This document shows, piece by piece, positions 37,701 to 50,705 of a DNA stretch of 64,000 nucleotides. The DNA lies in contig MU054204.1 of assembly GCA_013239625.1 (NCBI GenBank), positions 272,879 to 336,878 of the forward strand, given 5' to 3'. Below the pieces are notes generated by a model, which did no database searches, was not told the origin of the DNA, and saw nothing but the letters and a program-made list of their open reading frames with translations. The first letter of the stretch is position 1. Each line of letters starts with the position of its first letter. The stretch is from Lama guanicoe. Taxonomy: Eukaryota. The position numbers and the translations under genes are program-made.

Positions 37701-39585
37701 TAGGCTGACTATCAGAGAGACCATCTTGACACTGAAAATTACTGGATTGTGGGCTAACCTTTGAGAGGAAATAGTGGAAACCCTGCCACTGAGTCACTGA
37801 TCATTATTTACAATTAGGCAGGACAATGTAGTTGAGAAATAATGTAGCATAATACAAGGAGTGGTTTTGCTCTGTTCCCAGAGGGATGGACTGGATGTGA
37901 CCTAATAGCTTTTTCCTACACTAATTTGGTTGATTGTGTCAGAGAAAAGACGGGTTGATCATTTTGTTTCCCCGCTGTTGAGTGACTCATGCTTGAGTTG
38001 ACCACAGGGCTTTATATAACAAAGAGAATGCCCGTCGATTAGGCAGATGACAGAATATGGAGTGGGAGGCCAAGAGACTGGAGAGAAGACTTAAACTTCT
38101 TCCAAACTTGAAGAGTTGGTCAGGAACAGGTAAAGCTCCCTAAAGTTAAGATCTTGCGTTGTTTCCCATTAATTTCAGGATGTGGCTTCAGAGCCTGGAA
38201 TATAGTATTTGATGAATAAATAGCCGATGAATTAATGAATATGGCACCTTGGGAAGAAGACTTAGGAACAGCAGGATAATACAAGCAGTGGATGTCAGGT
38301 TTAACATCAAGGTTGAACATGTTCCTTAATGTATCTGAATCAGTTTTCTCATCACCTTTTCAGTGGGTTCTTCTAAGGATGAAATAAGAGCATGTAGATA
38401 AGATACATGGGATTTAGCACCTTAAAAAGTGTTAGTTCTCTTTCCTCTTTATTTTTCCAGACTCAGTCTCTCTAGACAAGTCAAACTTTTTTTGTTTGTG
38501 TTTTACCACATTGGGAAGCAAGAAAATTATGCCTTTTTGCTTAAAAAAACATAAATGTTGATGTTACAATAGCTTAGTTTAACATTAACCAACACAGCAG
38601 GCAATTTTAGAGCAATTCTTAAACACAATAAACAGCTAAGGCACTACCAGGTGTGATACTTCTTCACTTTGCTTTTATCAGCTCAACCCCAAATCTTAAT
38701 GCAAACAAAATAAAAAAGCTCCCTGGCAAGATGTTCTCATCCTTTGGGCTCACTCAGTATCCCAAACACCCAGGTCTGCCTCTCTCTGTGATTAACTGTA
38801 ATTCACACTATAGTGGCCACAGATATAAGCTGTTTTGCTAGCCTTAGCTGTTGGAGCTAACCAGTAAAAAATTCCAAATTTACCTTTTCAAACTCCTTGC
38901 TTCCAGATTTTTTTCTATTGTTTTTTTTTGTCCTTCTGCACAAGACAGAGTTTATAGATAAAAGAAGAGCTTTATTAAAGAAGTAATACCACTAAGTGTA
39001 TAAAAATCTCTTTTCCTTAAGCAGGAGATATTTTCTGTTTTTCTCTTTGGCATTTCTTTTCTTCCTTCCACTTTGCTGCTTTTTAAGCTGGAGTTAGGAG
39101 ACACCAGTTTAATTTGGAGACAATGACTGGGCTTAATTAATATCCCAGGGCAGCTTACTTCCTTCAGCAACACTGCCTGACACTTTTTTTTCCCCTGAAC
39201 TGTTTTTTTTCCTCTCAAGGGGTTATATCCCTCGCATAGAACAGAACATTTTGAACAATATTTAAACGTAGTTTTTGATCAGAGAGTTAAAGTGATCCTA
39301 TCCTAACAGCTAAAGATGAGTGCAGAGAATCTGGTGAACAATCAAGGAAGTCTTATAAAATGATTAATGGATAGAAAAGTCATTCATGTGAAGGCTTTGT
39401 AAAAGAATCAAGATTATTCAACCCAGAGAAGATGAAGTTTTTGAACCCTGAGAAATAGCCACTTGCCATGGATGATTTAAAAAACATAAACCAAAGCCAA
39501 AATGTCAACTTAACTCATTCCACAACCAATTTCATGTTCATGGAGGAGTTTTGCCTTGCAAAGTCAATAAGCTATGGGTTAGATT

Positions 39586-39882
39586 CTTTTTTTTTTAATT
39601 GAAGTATAGTCAGTTGGTAATGTTGCATCAGTTTCTGGCATACAGCATAATGTTTCAGTCATACATGTACATACATATATTCATTTTCATATTTTTTCTT
39701 TATAGGTTATTACAAGATACTGAATATTGTTCCCTGTGCTATACCATAGAAACTTGTTTATCTATTTTATATATAGTAGTTAAGATATGTGACTCTCAAA
39801 CTCCCAATTTATACCTTCCCACCCCTTTTCCCCCTGATAACCATAATTTTGTTTTCTATGTCTGAGTCTGTTTCTGTTTTTT
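39586..39882 (-). mobile_element. Young L1 3' tail
   Basis: tttttaattgaagtatagtcagtt...ctcaaactcccaatttat...gagtctgtttctgtttt. Confidence 0.92.
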
Positions 39883-40854
39883 ATATATTTATTTCACTAG
39901 ACAGGAAGAAATGATTGAATAGTGCTTTTAAGTACTGAAAAGTATTCTCAAGGAAAAAAATCTGCTTTTCTAGAATGCTTGGAGTAGAGTCCCATGGTCT
40001 CCTCCCTCTACCCGTTTTTCCCTGTCAACCCTAAGACTTCACATCACCTGCTTGTTTTCTTGAAAAATCTACTTTCCCGTGCTGTCCACATGAGAAAATA
40101 TATTCTGTGATACACATCACAGGATGTCTAACTGTTTGCTTTTTCCATTAAGGACAGCAACAAGAAATGGCATCATTGGTAGCACTGGATTTCAGCTAGG
40201 TCTTCTAGCAGACTTCCAAATCACTTTCTGGAGTCCATGATAATTTACCAAAAAAAGCTATGGAATTTTCTTTACTGATCTCAGCAGATCCTTACCTCCC
40301 CAGAGATGCCATGCTGAGACAGAATAGAAGGGAGCTGGCAGCAATGGCTGAGAAATGGATGAACTACAGCCTTTTCATTGCCTTATTTTATTCCATCCAG
40401 AGTTCTCTAAATATTAATGCATTGGGGGGAATCTAAACTACTTTTGTGAAGACTTAATGGCAGGCAGTCAGAAAAGAACATTTGGACTTTACTCTGTCAA
40501 TTTCTTTTGATCCCTCACACATACTAACACACCCAGCTTCCCAGTCTGTCCTTTCAATATATAACAATTCATTACCATGGCTTTGACTACCTGAATACTG
40601 ATGGCTCTCCCATTTACATCTCTAGCCCAGAACTATTTTCTGAATACCACCCTCATCTTTCCAGTTGTCAAAGGACATTTTTGTCTGGAAACACTGGTAC
40701 CTCAACCTCACCGTGCCTTGATATCCTTCCTCCAAAAGAAGAACCCTCTTCTTTTCCTGTTTCTTATCTCATTTAATAGGCCTAGTCCCCTAAAACAAGA
40801 CTTAAGAGAAACATCTCAATTCCTCCTTTTCTCTTAGCTACCCGTTTCATTTTT

Positions 40855-41020
40855 TTTGCACTTTAACAGCTTTATTGGGATAAAATTCACATACAATAGG
40901 ACATTTAGAGCATACAGTTAAAATGAACAATTCAGTGTTTTTTTAGAATATCCACAGATCTGTACATATACAACTGTCATCCATCAACCATGCAATCATC
41001 ATCATCATCTAATATTTTTG
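40855..41020 (-). mobile_element. Old L1MB-like 3' terminus
   Basis: ttaacagctttattgggataaaattcacatacaata...acaattcagtgttttttag. Confidence 0.75.
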
Positions 41021-41031
41021 AAGTAACTTTT

Positions 41032-41292
41032 TAAAAACATTTTTATTGATTTATAATCATTTTACAATGTTGTGTCAAATTCCAGTGTTCAGCACAATTT
41101 TTCAGTTATACTGAACATATATATATTCATTGTCACATTTTTTTCTCTGTGAGCTACCATAAGATTTTGTATATATTTCCCTGTGCTATACAGTGTAATC
41201 TTGTTTATCTATTCTACAATTTTGAAATCCTAGTCTATCCCTTCCCACCCTCCGCCCCCCTGGCAACCACAAGTCTGTATTCTATGTCTATG
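41032..41292 (-). mobile_element. Youngest-type L1 3' tail
   Basis: Near-identical to 45955-46220; TSD agtaactttt at 41022-41031 and 41293-41302. Confidence 0.92.
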
Positions 41293-41299
41293 AGTAACT

Positions 41300-41360
41300 T
41301 TTTTTTAATTGAAGTATAATCATTTACAGTGTGTCAATTTCTGGTGTACAGCATAATGTC
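41300..41360 (-). mobile_element. ~60-nt L1 3' stub
   Basis: ttttaattgaagtataatcatttacagtgtgtcaatttctggtgtacagcataatgtc. Confidence 0.85.
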
Positions 41361-41794
41361 CGATTTCACTTTTATCTCATCACCAAATCCTGTTGATTCT
41401 ACCCCAAACATGTCTTCTTTCACATCTCTTGCTTTTAGCCTCCTTGAGCACCTTAACCGTTCCCTGAGCACACAGTATCCTCTCACAACTCTTTGCCATT
41501 TACAGATGCTATTCTCTCTGCTTGGAGCAGTCTCCCATCCCTTCTTTACCTGGTAAACTCCTACTCACTTGTAAAGGGCCCCACTGTATATTACAAGCCA
41601 TTCTTCATTCCCCCAGGAGAGCTCATGGTTCTCTCCTCTGTGCACTTACCATATCTCATCATATCTATCAGTTTAGGTATCTCTTTTCTCTACTAAACTA
41701 TGAGCACGTTGAAGGCAGGGACTGCCTCTTAATCATCTTTAAAATCCCAGCACCGAGCATTTAATAGTCTGTGATAACAATAAAGAATGAATGA

Positions 41795-44700
41795 TGTAAC
41801 CTAAATCCAATTTATCAATTTGCCTTTTAATGAATCAATGCTTTTGGTGCCAAGTTTAAGAACTATTTGCATAATCCAAGATGCCAGAGACTTTCTCCTA
41901 TTTTTTTCTAAAACAGTTATAGTTTTATGTTTACATTAAATTCGTGTTCCATTTTGAGTTTTTTTGTGTATAAGTAAGTATGAGACTTATGTTGAAGTTC
42001 GTTTTTAGACTTATGGTTGTCCAATTGTTAGAGCACTATTTGTTGAAAAGGTTATCTTTCCTCCATTGAATTGTTTTTTGCAACTTTTTCAGAAACAAGT
42101 TGGGCATATCTATTTGGGTTTATTTCTGGATTTTCTATTAATGTTCCTAGGTCCCTGCCTTTCTAGAATAATTGTGTCTATGCCTACAAAAAATCTTGAT
42201 GAGATTTTGACAGGAATCATATTAAATCTGTATGTGCCTTTGGGGAGAGCTGACGTCTTTACTATGTTGAGTCTTCTAATCTATGAACACAGTGTGTCTC
42301 TCTGTTTACTTAGATCTTCTTTGATTTCTTTCATCAGCATTGTTGTCGCTCTCAGCATACACATCCTCTACATGTTCTGTTAGATTTACACCTAATTATT
42401 TCATTTCCTTTGCAGCAATTGTAAATGATATTTTTAAAAATGTGTTTCCTCATGTCTGTTGTTAATGTATAGAAATGAAATTGCTTTTTGTGTTGACCTT
42501 GTATGCTTCAAACTTGCTGATCTTAGGAGTTCTAGGAATTTCCTTTGTTTATTTGCTTTTGTGTTTAGATTTCTTGGAATTTCTAGGTATGTCACCTATA
42601 AATAGGGACAGTTTTGTTTCTTCCTTTCCAATTTAAATACCTTTTGATTGCTTTTATGTACTTTATTGTGCTGGCTATAAATTCCAGTGCGATGTTGAAT
42701 GAGAGTGAGGAGAGTGGATATCCTTCCCTTATTTTTGATCTTAAGGGGAAAGCATTCAGTCTTTCATTATTAAGTATGATGTTAGCAGTAGGATTTTTGT
42801 CGATGCTCTTTATCAAGTTGATAGAGTTTCCCTTTATTCCATGTTTGCTGAGAGTTATTATCATGAGTGGATGTTGGATTTTGTCAAATGCATTTTCTGT
42901 ATGAATATATGTATGAGTTTTTTTTCTTTAACTTGTTGATACGATAACCTTCTTTAATCACATTAACTGATTTTTGAAAATTGAACCAGCTTTACATCAC
43001 AGGAATAAATCCCACTTGGCCACATATACCATTCATTTTATATATTGCTGAATTCTATTTTCTGATGTTTTATTAAGGATTTTTTATTATGTGTGTCATT
43101 ATTCATGAGGCCTGTAGTTTTATAAATCTGTCTTTGTCTGGTTTTTACATCAGGGTAATACCAACTTCAGAAAATAAATTGGGAAGTGTTTCTTCCTCTT
43201 TGATTTTCTGGAAGATATTCTGTAGAATTGGTGCTGATTCTTCTTTAAACATTTGGTAGAATTCACCAGGGAAACCATCTGGGTCTGGGGATTTCTTTAG
43301 TGAGAATTTTTTTATGTACAAGTTAAATTTCCTTAACAATTGTGGGACTATTCAAATGATCTATTTCACATTGGGTAAGTTGTGATAGTTTGTAGTTTTC
43401 AAGGAATTGGTCCATTTCATCTAAGTTGTCGTATTTATGTTATAAAGTTGTTCAGTGTTCCCTTGCTGTCTGTTTTATATCTGCAAAATCTACAGTGAGA
43501 GCCTTTGCTTCATTCCCGATGTTGGTAATTTGTATCTTCTCTCTTTTTAACTTTGTAAATCTTGCTACAGGTTTGTCAATTTTATTAGCCTTTTCAATGA
43601 ACCAGTTTTTCTCCCACTGATTTTCTTTAATTTTTAAATTCAAATTTCATTGATTTTTGCACTTATCTTTACTATTTCCTGCCTTCTGCTTGCTTTGGGT
43701 TTCTTTTCCTTTTCTAGGTTTTTGACATAGGATCTTAGATTATTAATTTGAGCCTTTTTTTCTTTTCAAATTTAAGCATTTAGTGCTATAAATTTTCCTC
43801 TTAGCCCTGCTTAAGCTGTGTCACACAGATTTTAGTATTTTGTGTTTTCATTTTCATTTAGTTAACTGTAATTTTGTATTTCTCTAGAGAGTTCCTCTCT
43901 GATCCATTCATTACTTAGAAGTATATTATTTAGTTTCCATTTGTTTCCTTTTCTATTACTCATTTCTAGATTGATTTCACTGTGGTCAGAGAATATGCTG
44001 TGTATGACTTCAAATCTTTATAATCTGTTAAGGTTTGTTTTACAGCCCAGGATATGGTCTATCTTGGTATATGTTCCATGAGCACTTGAAAATAATGTGC
44101 ATCCTACTGTTGTTGGGTAAGGTATTCTATAAATATAGATTAGATCTTATTGGTTGATGTAATGTTGATTCCTTGATTATTTTAGTTTCCTTGATTATTT
44201 TCTGTCTGGTGGTTCTATTAATTGCTGAGAGAGGAGTGTTGAAGTCTCCAAGTGTAGATGTGGACATGTCTATTTTTCCTTCCAATTCTATCAGTTTTTG
44301 CCCACACATTTTGCAGTTGTGTTGTTTGATGCATACACATTTAGGACTGTTGTATCATCTTGGTGGATTGACTCTTTATCATTTTGCAGTGTCCTTCTCT
44401 TTCTCCAGTAATTTTCTTTGCTCTGAAACTTGCTTTATATGCTATTAATATAGACATTCCTTCTTTATTTTGATTAGTATTTATGTATTTTCTTAGCCTT
44501 TCACTTTCAATCTGCCTATATGATTTTATTTGAAGTGAGTTTCTTTTGACAGTATGTGGTTGGGTCATGTGTTTTTATGCACTCTGCTGAACTCATCTTT
44601 TAATTGGTGTATTTAGACTGTTTACACTTACTGTAATTATTGATGTTAGGACTTAAGGATAACATTTCATTTTGTTTTCTCTTTGTACTCTTTGTTTTTC

Positions 44701-47700
44701 TTGCCTTACTTTGGATTACTTAAACATTTATTTGAATTCCATTTTTATTTATCTCTAGTTTTGAGGTGTATCTCTTCATATAGACGTTTTAGTGGTTGCT
44801 ATAGGTATTATATACCTAAATTCAGTCTATTGGTGTTGCCGTTTTCCCATTTTGAGTGAAGAATAGAAAATTTATCTCCCTTTACAACCATTTATCCTCC
44901 CACATTTATAATAACATTTCTTAAATATTTACACTACATATATTTACAGCCATTTCAGACATTGCTGTAATTTTTGTTTCCACCATCAAACATAATATAG
45001 AAAACTCAAGAGGAAAAGGAAGTCTATTGTTTTTATGCATTTGTGTGTGTGTGTGTGTGTGTGTGTTGTTTTCTTCCTTCCTGATATTCCAGGATTTTTT
45101 TCTATTGTCACTTCCTTTCTGTTTAGAGAAGTTCCTTTAGCGATTATTTTAAAATAGGTCTGCCAGTGATGAATTCTCTTAGTTTTCCTTCATCTGGAAA
45201 TGTCTTGATTTTCCCCTTCATTCCTGAAGGATATTTTCTTCGGATATAGGATTCTGGGTTGATAGTTCTTTTCTTCCAGCAGTTGAAAAATATTGTGCCA
45301 CTTCTTTCTGGATGCATTGATTTATGATGAGAAATATGTTTTTCAAATTCTTTTTCATAGACAGGTAAGATATTATTTCTCTCTCTCCCTGCTTTTAAGA
45401 TTTATTTGTCTTTAGCTTTCAAACTTTTGGCTAAGATGTATTTCAGTATGAATTTCTTTGGGTTTATCCTGTTGGAGTTAGCTTAGCTTCTTGAGTTTCC
45501 AGGTCTATGTCTTTTGCTGCATTTGGGGCGTTTTCAGGCATTATCTGTTCAAGTACTTTTTTCAGTCCTATCCTCTTTCATCTCTCTTTCTGTGACTCCA
45601 GTGCCATTAATATTAGATATTTCATTACAGTCCCACAGATTCCCTAAAGTTCTCTTTAGTTTTTTCAGTTTATTTTCTCTCTTCTGTTCATATAGTGGGT
45701 AATTTTTATTGTTCTGTCTTCAAATTCACTGATTCTTTTGTTTCCTCCATTCTGCTGTTGAGATTATTCATCTAGCTTTTTATTTTGAATATCATATTTT
45801 TAAGTTCTAAAATTTTCTGGTTCTTCTTTATATCTTGTTTCTTTATTGAAAATTTCTATTCCTTTATTTGTTTCATGCATCTCTATAACTGCTCATTGAA
45901 GCATTTTTATTATGGTCACTTTGTCATATGATTCTAACATTTTTGGCCTTTTTAAACATTTTTTATTGAGTTGTAATCATTTTATAATGTTGTGTCAAAT
46001 TCCAGTGTAGAGCACAATTTTTGAGTTATACATGAACATATATATATATTCATTGTCATATTTTTTTCTCTTTGAGGTACCATAAGATCTTGTGTATATT
46101 TCCCTGTGCTATACAGAATAATCTTGTTTATCTATTCTACAATTTTGAAATCCCATCTATCCCTTCCCATCCTCCGCCCCCTTGGCAGCCACAAGTTTGT
46201 ATTCTATGTCTATGAGTCTGTTTCTGTTTTGTATTTATATGTGTGTGTGTGTGTGTTTTTTTTTTAGATTCCACATATGAGTGATCTCATATGGTATTTT
46301 TCTTTCTTTTTCTGGCTTACTTCACTTAGAATGACATTCTCCAGGAACATCCATGTTGCTGCAAATGGTGTTATGTTGTCGGTTTTTATAGCTGAGTAGT
46401 ATCCCATTGTATAAATATTACCACTTCTTCTTTATCCAGTCATCTGTTGATGGACATTTAGACTGTTTCCATGTCTTGGCTATTGTAAATAGTGCTGCTA
46501 TGAACATTGGGGTGCAGGTGTCTTTTTGAAGTAGGGTTCCTTCTGGGTATATGCCCAGGAGTGGGATTCCTGGGTCATATGGTAAGTCTATTTCTAGTCT
46601 TTTGAGGAATCTCCATAATGTTTTCCACAGTGGCTGCACCAAACTGCATTCCCACCAGCAGCGTAGGAGGGTTCCCCTTTCTCCACAGCCTCTCCAGCAT
46701 TTGTCATTTATGGATTTTTGAATGGTGGCCATTCTGACTGGTGTGAGGTGATACCTCACTGTAGTTTTGATTTGCATTTCTCTGATAATTAGTGATATTG
46801 AGCATTTTTTCATGTGGCTATTGATCATTTGTATGTCTTCCTTGGAGAATTGCTTGTTAAGGTCTTTGGCCCATTTTTGGATTGGGTTGTTTGTTTTTTT
46901 CTTATGAAGTCGTATGAGCTGCTTATATATTCTGGAGATCAAGCCTTTGTTGGTTTCATTTGCAAATATTTTCTCCCATTCCGTAGGTTGTCGTTTTGTT
47001 TTACTTCTGGTTTCCTTTGCTGTGCAGAAGCTTGTAAGTTTCATTAGGTCCCATTTGTTTATTCTTGCTTTTATTTCTATTGCTTGGGTAGACTGCCCTA
47101 GGAGAACATTTTTGCGATGTATGTCAGATAATGTTTTTTGCCTATATTTTCTTCTAGGAGGTTTATTGTATCTTGTCTTATGTTTAAGTCTTTGATCCAG
47201 TTTGAGTTGATTTTTGTATATGGTGTAAGGGACTGTTCTAGCTTCATTGCTTTACATGCTGCTGTCCAGTTTTCCCAACACCATTTGCTGAAGAGACTGT
47301 CTTTATTCCATTGTATATTCTTGCCTCCTTTGTCGAAGATGAGCTGACCAAAAGTTTGTGGGTTCATTTCTGGGCTCTCTATTCTGTTCCATTGGTCCAT
47401 ATGTCTGTTTTGGTACCAATACCATGCTGTCTTGATGACTGTAGCTCTATAGTATTGTCTGAAGTCTGGGAGAGTTATTCCTCCAGCTTCTTTCTTTCTC
47501 TTCAGTAATGCTTTGGCAATTCTAGGTCTTTGGTGGTTCCATATAAATTTTATTATAATTTGTTACTTTCTTTTTCTGTTGATTTATCATTAGTGTAAAG
47601 AAATGCAACTGATTTTTGAACGTTAATCTTGTAACCTGCTACCTTGCTGAATCTTCGATCAGCTCTAGTAGTTTTTGTGTGGACCTTTTAGGGTTTCCTA

Positions 47701-49038
47701 TATATAGTATCATGTAATCTGCATATAGTGACACTTTAACCTCTTCTTCTCCAATTTGGATCCCTTTTATTTCTCTCTCTTGCCTGATTGCTGTGGCTAG
47801 GACTTCCAAGACTATGCTGAATAGAAGTGGTGATAGTGGGCATCCTTCTCTTGTCCCAGAGTTTAGTGTGAAACTTTTGAGTTTTTCACCATTGAGTACT
47901 ATGCTGGCTGTAGGTTTGTTTAGCATCTTGATATGAGTGACTATTGATGATCTTTTTCCATTCAGTTTGAGATCTTCCTAGTTCTTAGTATGACAAGTGA
48001 TTTTCAATTGAATTCTAGACATTTTTAGTATTATATTATGAAACTTTGAATCATATTTAACCCTTCTGTTTTAGCTGGCTTCCTTTGACAGCACTCTAGC
48101 AGGGGAGAGTGGTTGATGCCTACTGGCTGTCATATGGAGGTAGAAGTCCTGATTCCCTACTTGAAATTTACTAATACCCAAGGAGGGAGGCCCCTTTCTC
48201 CTGCCTAGCCTGTCCTCGCTGCTCCCCATGTGGCCTCCTCTGACACCACTTCAAAAGGAAGAGGGAGTGGCTCCTTGTTACCACAGGTGGGGGTACCTTC
48301 CCACACTTCCTACATGGTCTCCATTGACATTGTGGGTGAAGGAGGGCTGGTTACCACCCAGCATGGATGATATCTCAGTATTCAGCCTTTTCTGCCACCA
48401 CCTTGGCCATGGTGATATCAGAAAAGACTTCACTGTAGTCTAGCCAGGGTGGAAGTCTAGGCTCCCCACGTAGCCTTTGTTGGCATGAGTTGGAGATGGT
48501 GCCATGGTTTTTCTGTGATGTTCGGCTGGAGGAAAGCAGTTATATTTAAACATTTTCTGCCTTGGTAGGCTACCCCTCTCCTGGTTCTCTGGATACAAAG
48601 AGCAGGCTCCTGTTGGGAATTATTTTGTCTGTACCCATTAGCATTTCCAGTTTGTTGCTTCTCAGCTACAGGCCTGGATTATATAAGGCAAAAAGAAAAC
48701 CCAGGGAACTTAACACCATGTTGGTCCTTGGAACAGAAGGTCCCTAGTCAATCTGCTTTCTTAACATAATAGAAGTCTTCTTTATTACATCAAGGCTCTT
48801 CTAATGGATTGTTTGTTTTTTTACTCTTGAGTTTTAAAATTTCTCTCTATATTCTATTTACTAGTTGTTTGTCAGGTGTATGTTTTGCAAATATTTTCTC
48901 CTAATGAGTGGTATCAGAGGAATCCAGATGAGAGTCTTCTTATGTTTGTTTTACATACAAAATCCAAGGTTTTTAGTTGTAGTCAGTGGACAGAATAAGG
49001 AAAAGCTCACCTACTCCGTATTCATAGGGGCGGAAGTC
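41795..49038 (-). mobile_element. Old near-full-length L1 (L1MC/MD-like); 5' end, ORF1 and ORF2 remnants, 3' end missing
   Basis: Endonuclease peptide TLGDFNTPLS (44127-44309), KKSPDPDGFPGEFYQMFKEE (43145-43339), PTANIILN..REGYPLSSLSFNI (42592-42864); the reverse of ...ggcggaagtc resembles an old L1 5' terminus. Confidence 0.88.
45948..47920 (-). mobile_element. Young 5'-truncated L1 (~2 kb) nested in the old L1
   Basis: 208-aa ORF2 C-terminal ORF 46418-47044; RT core [16 protein letters not shown] at 47639-47926; internal deletion near 47565. Confidence 0.96.
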
Positions 49039-49149
49039 TCAGTAACGTTTTAATCCCTCATCCTGAGATTTTTAAGCCTTACATCGCCATATCTTCAATA
49101 AATTCAAAATTAAATAAATGTCTAAATTGGATAAATATCTTTATTAAAA

Positions 49150-50705
49150 ATCAAATGTCTTACAAAAATGAATCTAGATACAGACCTTAACATCCTTCAT
49201 GAAAATTAACTCAAAATGGATCATAGGCCTAAGTATAAAACATAAAACTATAAAACTCCTAGGAAATAACATAGGACAAAACCTAGATGACCTTGGGGAT
49301 GGCAATGACTTTTTAAGATACAACATCGAAGTCACAATCCATAAAAGAAATAATTGATAAGCTAGAACTCATTAAGATTAAAAACTTCTGCTCTGGGGAC
49401 AACATTGGCAAGACAGTGAGAAGACAAGCCACAACTGGGAGAAAGTAGTTTCAAAAAAATACATCGGATAAAGAACTGTTATGCAAAATATACAAAGAAC
49501 TCTTAAAACACAACAATAAAAATCAAACAACCTAATTTAAAAATGGGCCAAAGACTTAACAGACAACTCACCAAAGAAGAAAATACAAATAGCAAATAAG
49601 CATATGAAAAGATACTCCACATTATATGTCATCAAGAAAATGCAGAAGGGGAGGGTAGAGCTCAGTGGTAGAGCACATGCCTAGCATGCATAAGGTCCTG
49701 AGTTCAATCCCCAGTACCGCCATTAAATCAATCAATCAATCACTCAGTCAATCTAATTACCTACCCCTAAACAAACTTTAAACATTTTTAAAAAGAAAAT
49801 GCAAATTATAACAATAATGAGATATAACTACTCATATGTTAAAATGACCAAAATCTGAAACACTGACACTACCAAATACTGGCGAGAATGTGGAGCAACA
49901 GGAACTCTTATTCATTGCTGGTGGGACTGCAAAATGGTACAGCCACTTTGGAAGATTGACAGTTTCTTATAAAACCAAATATACTCTTACCATAAGATAC
50001 AGCTATCATACACCTTGGTGTTTACCCAAAAGGGATGAAAACCTAGTCCACTCAAAAACATGCAAACTGATGTTTATAGAAACTTTTTTCATATTTGCCA
50101 AAACTTAAAAACAACTAAGATGTCCTTCAGAATGGATAAATAAACCATGGTACATTCAGACAATGGAATATTATTCAGTGCTAAATAGATACGAACTATC
50201 AAGCCATGAAAAGACATGGAGGAATCTTTAATGAATATTACTAAGTGAAGGAAAGTGGTCTGAAAAGACTACATACTGTATGATTCCAACTATATGGCAT
50301 TCTTGAAAAGGCAAAACTATAGAGACAGTAAAAAAAATCAGCAGTTGCCAGGGGTTAGCAGGGAGGAAGGGAGGGATAAAAAGGCAGAACAAAGAGGATT
50401 TTTAGGGCTATGAACTATTCTGATGATACTCTAATGGTGGCTACATGCCATTATGCATTTATTCAAACCCACACAACGTACAACACCAAGCATGAACCCT
50501 TATGTAAACTATGGACTTTGGCTGGTTATGTTGTGTTAATGTAGGTTTATCAATTGTAACAAATGTACCACTTTGGTGGGGGATGTAGATAATGGGGAAG
50601 GTTATGCATGTATGGGGGAAAGGGTATATGGGAAATCTCTGTACCTTCCTCTTAACTTTGCTGTGAATCTATATATGTGCTAAATAAACTAGTCTTTTTA
50701 AAACC
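49150..50705 (+). mobile_element. L1MC-like ORF2 end plus 3'UTR
   Basis: aaaattaactcaaaatggatc...; gtaaactatggactttgg; ggaaatctctgtaccttcc..aaataaa. Confidence 0.9.
49648..49792 (+). mobile_element. vic-1-like SINE
   Basis: gggtagagctcagtggtagagc...gagttcaatcccc; TSD aagaaaatgca at 49634-49644 and 49793-49803. Confidence 0.92.

Larger units (their letters stand above)
40560..41795 (+). mobile_element. L2, host of a composite insertion
   Basis: catggctttgactacc..tgatggctctcc; catcaccaaatcctgttgattctacc; gaaggcagggactg..gaatgaatga. Confidence 0.75.

Noticed and set aside
46418..47044. Longest ORF in the window (208 aa)
   Set aside because: It is the L1 ORF2 C-terminus of a truncated, frameshifted element, not a host gene.
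41795..50705. Minus-strand old L1 and plus-strand L1MC end as one inverted element
   Set aside because: They overlap in consensus position by about 200 bp and are clearly diverged from each other.
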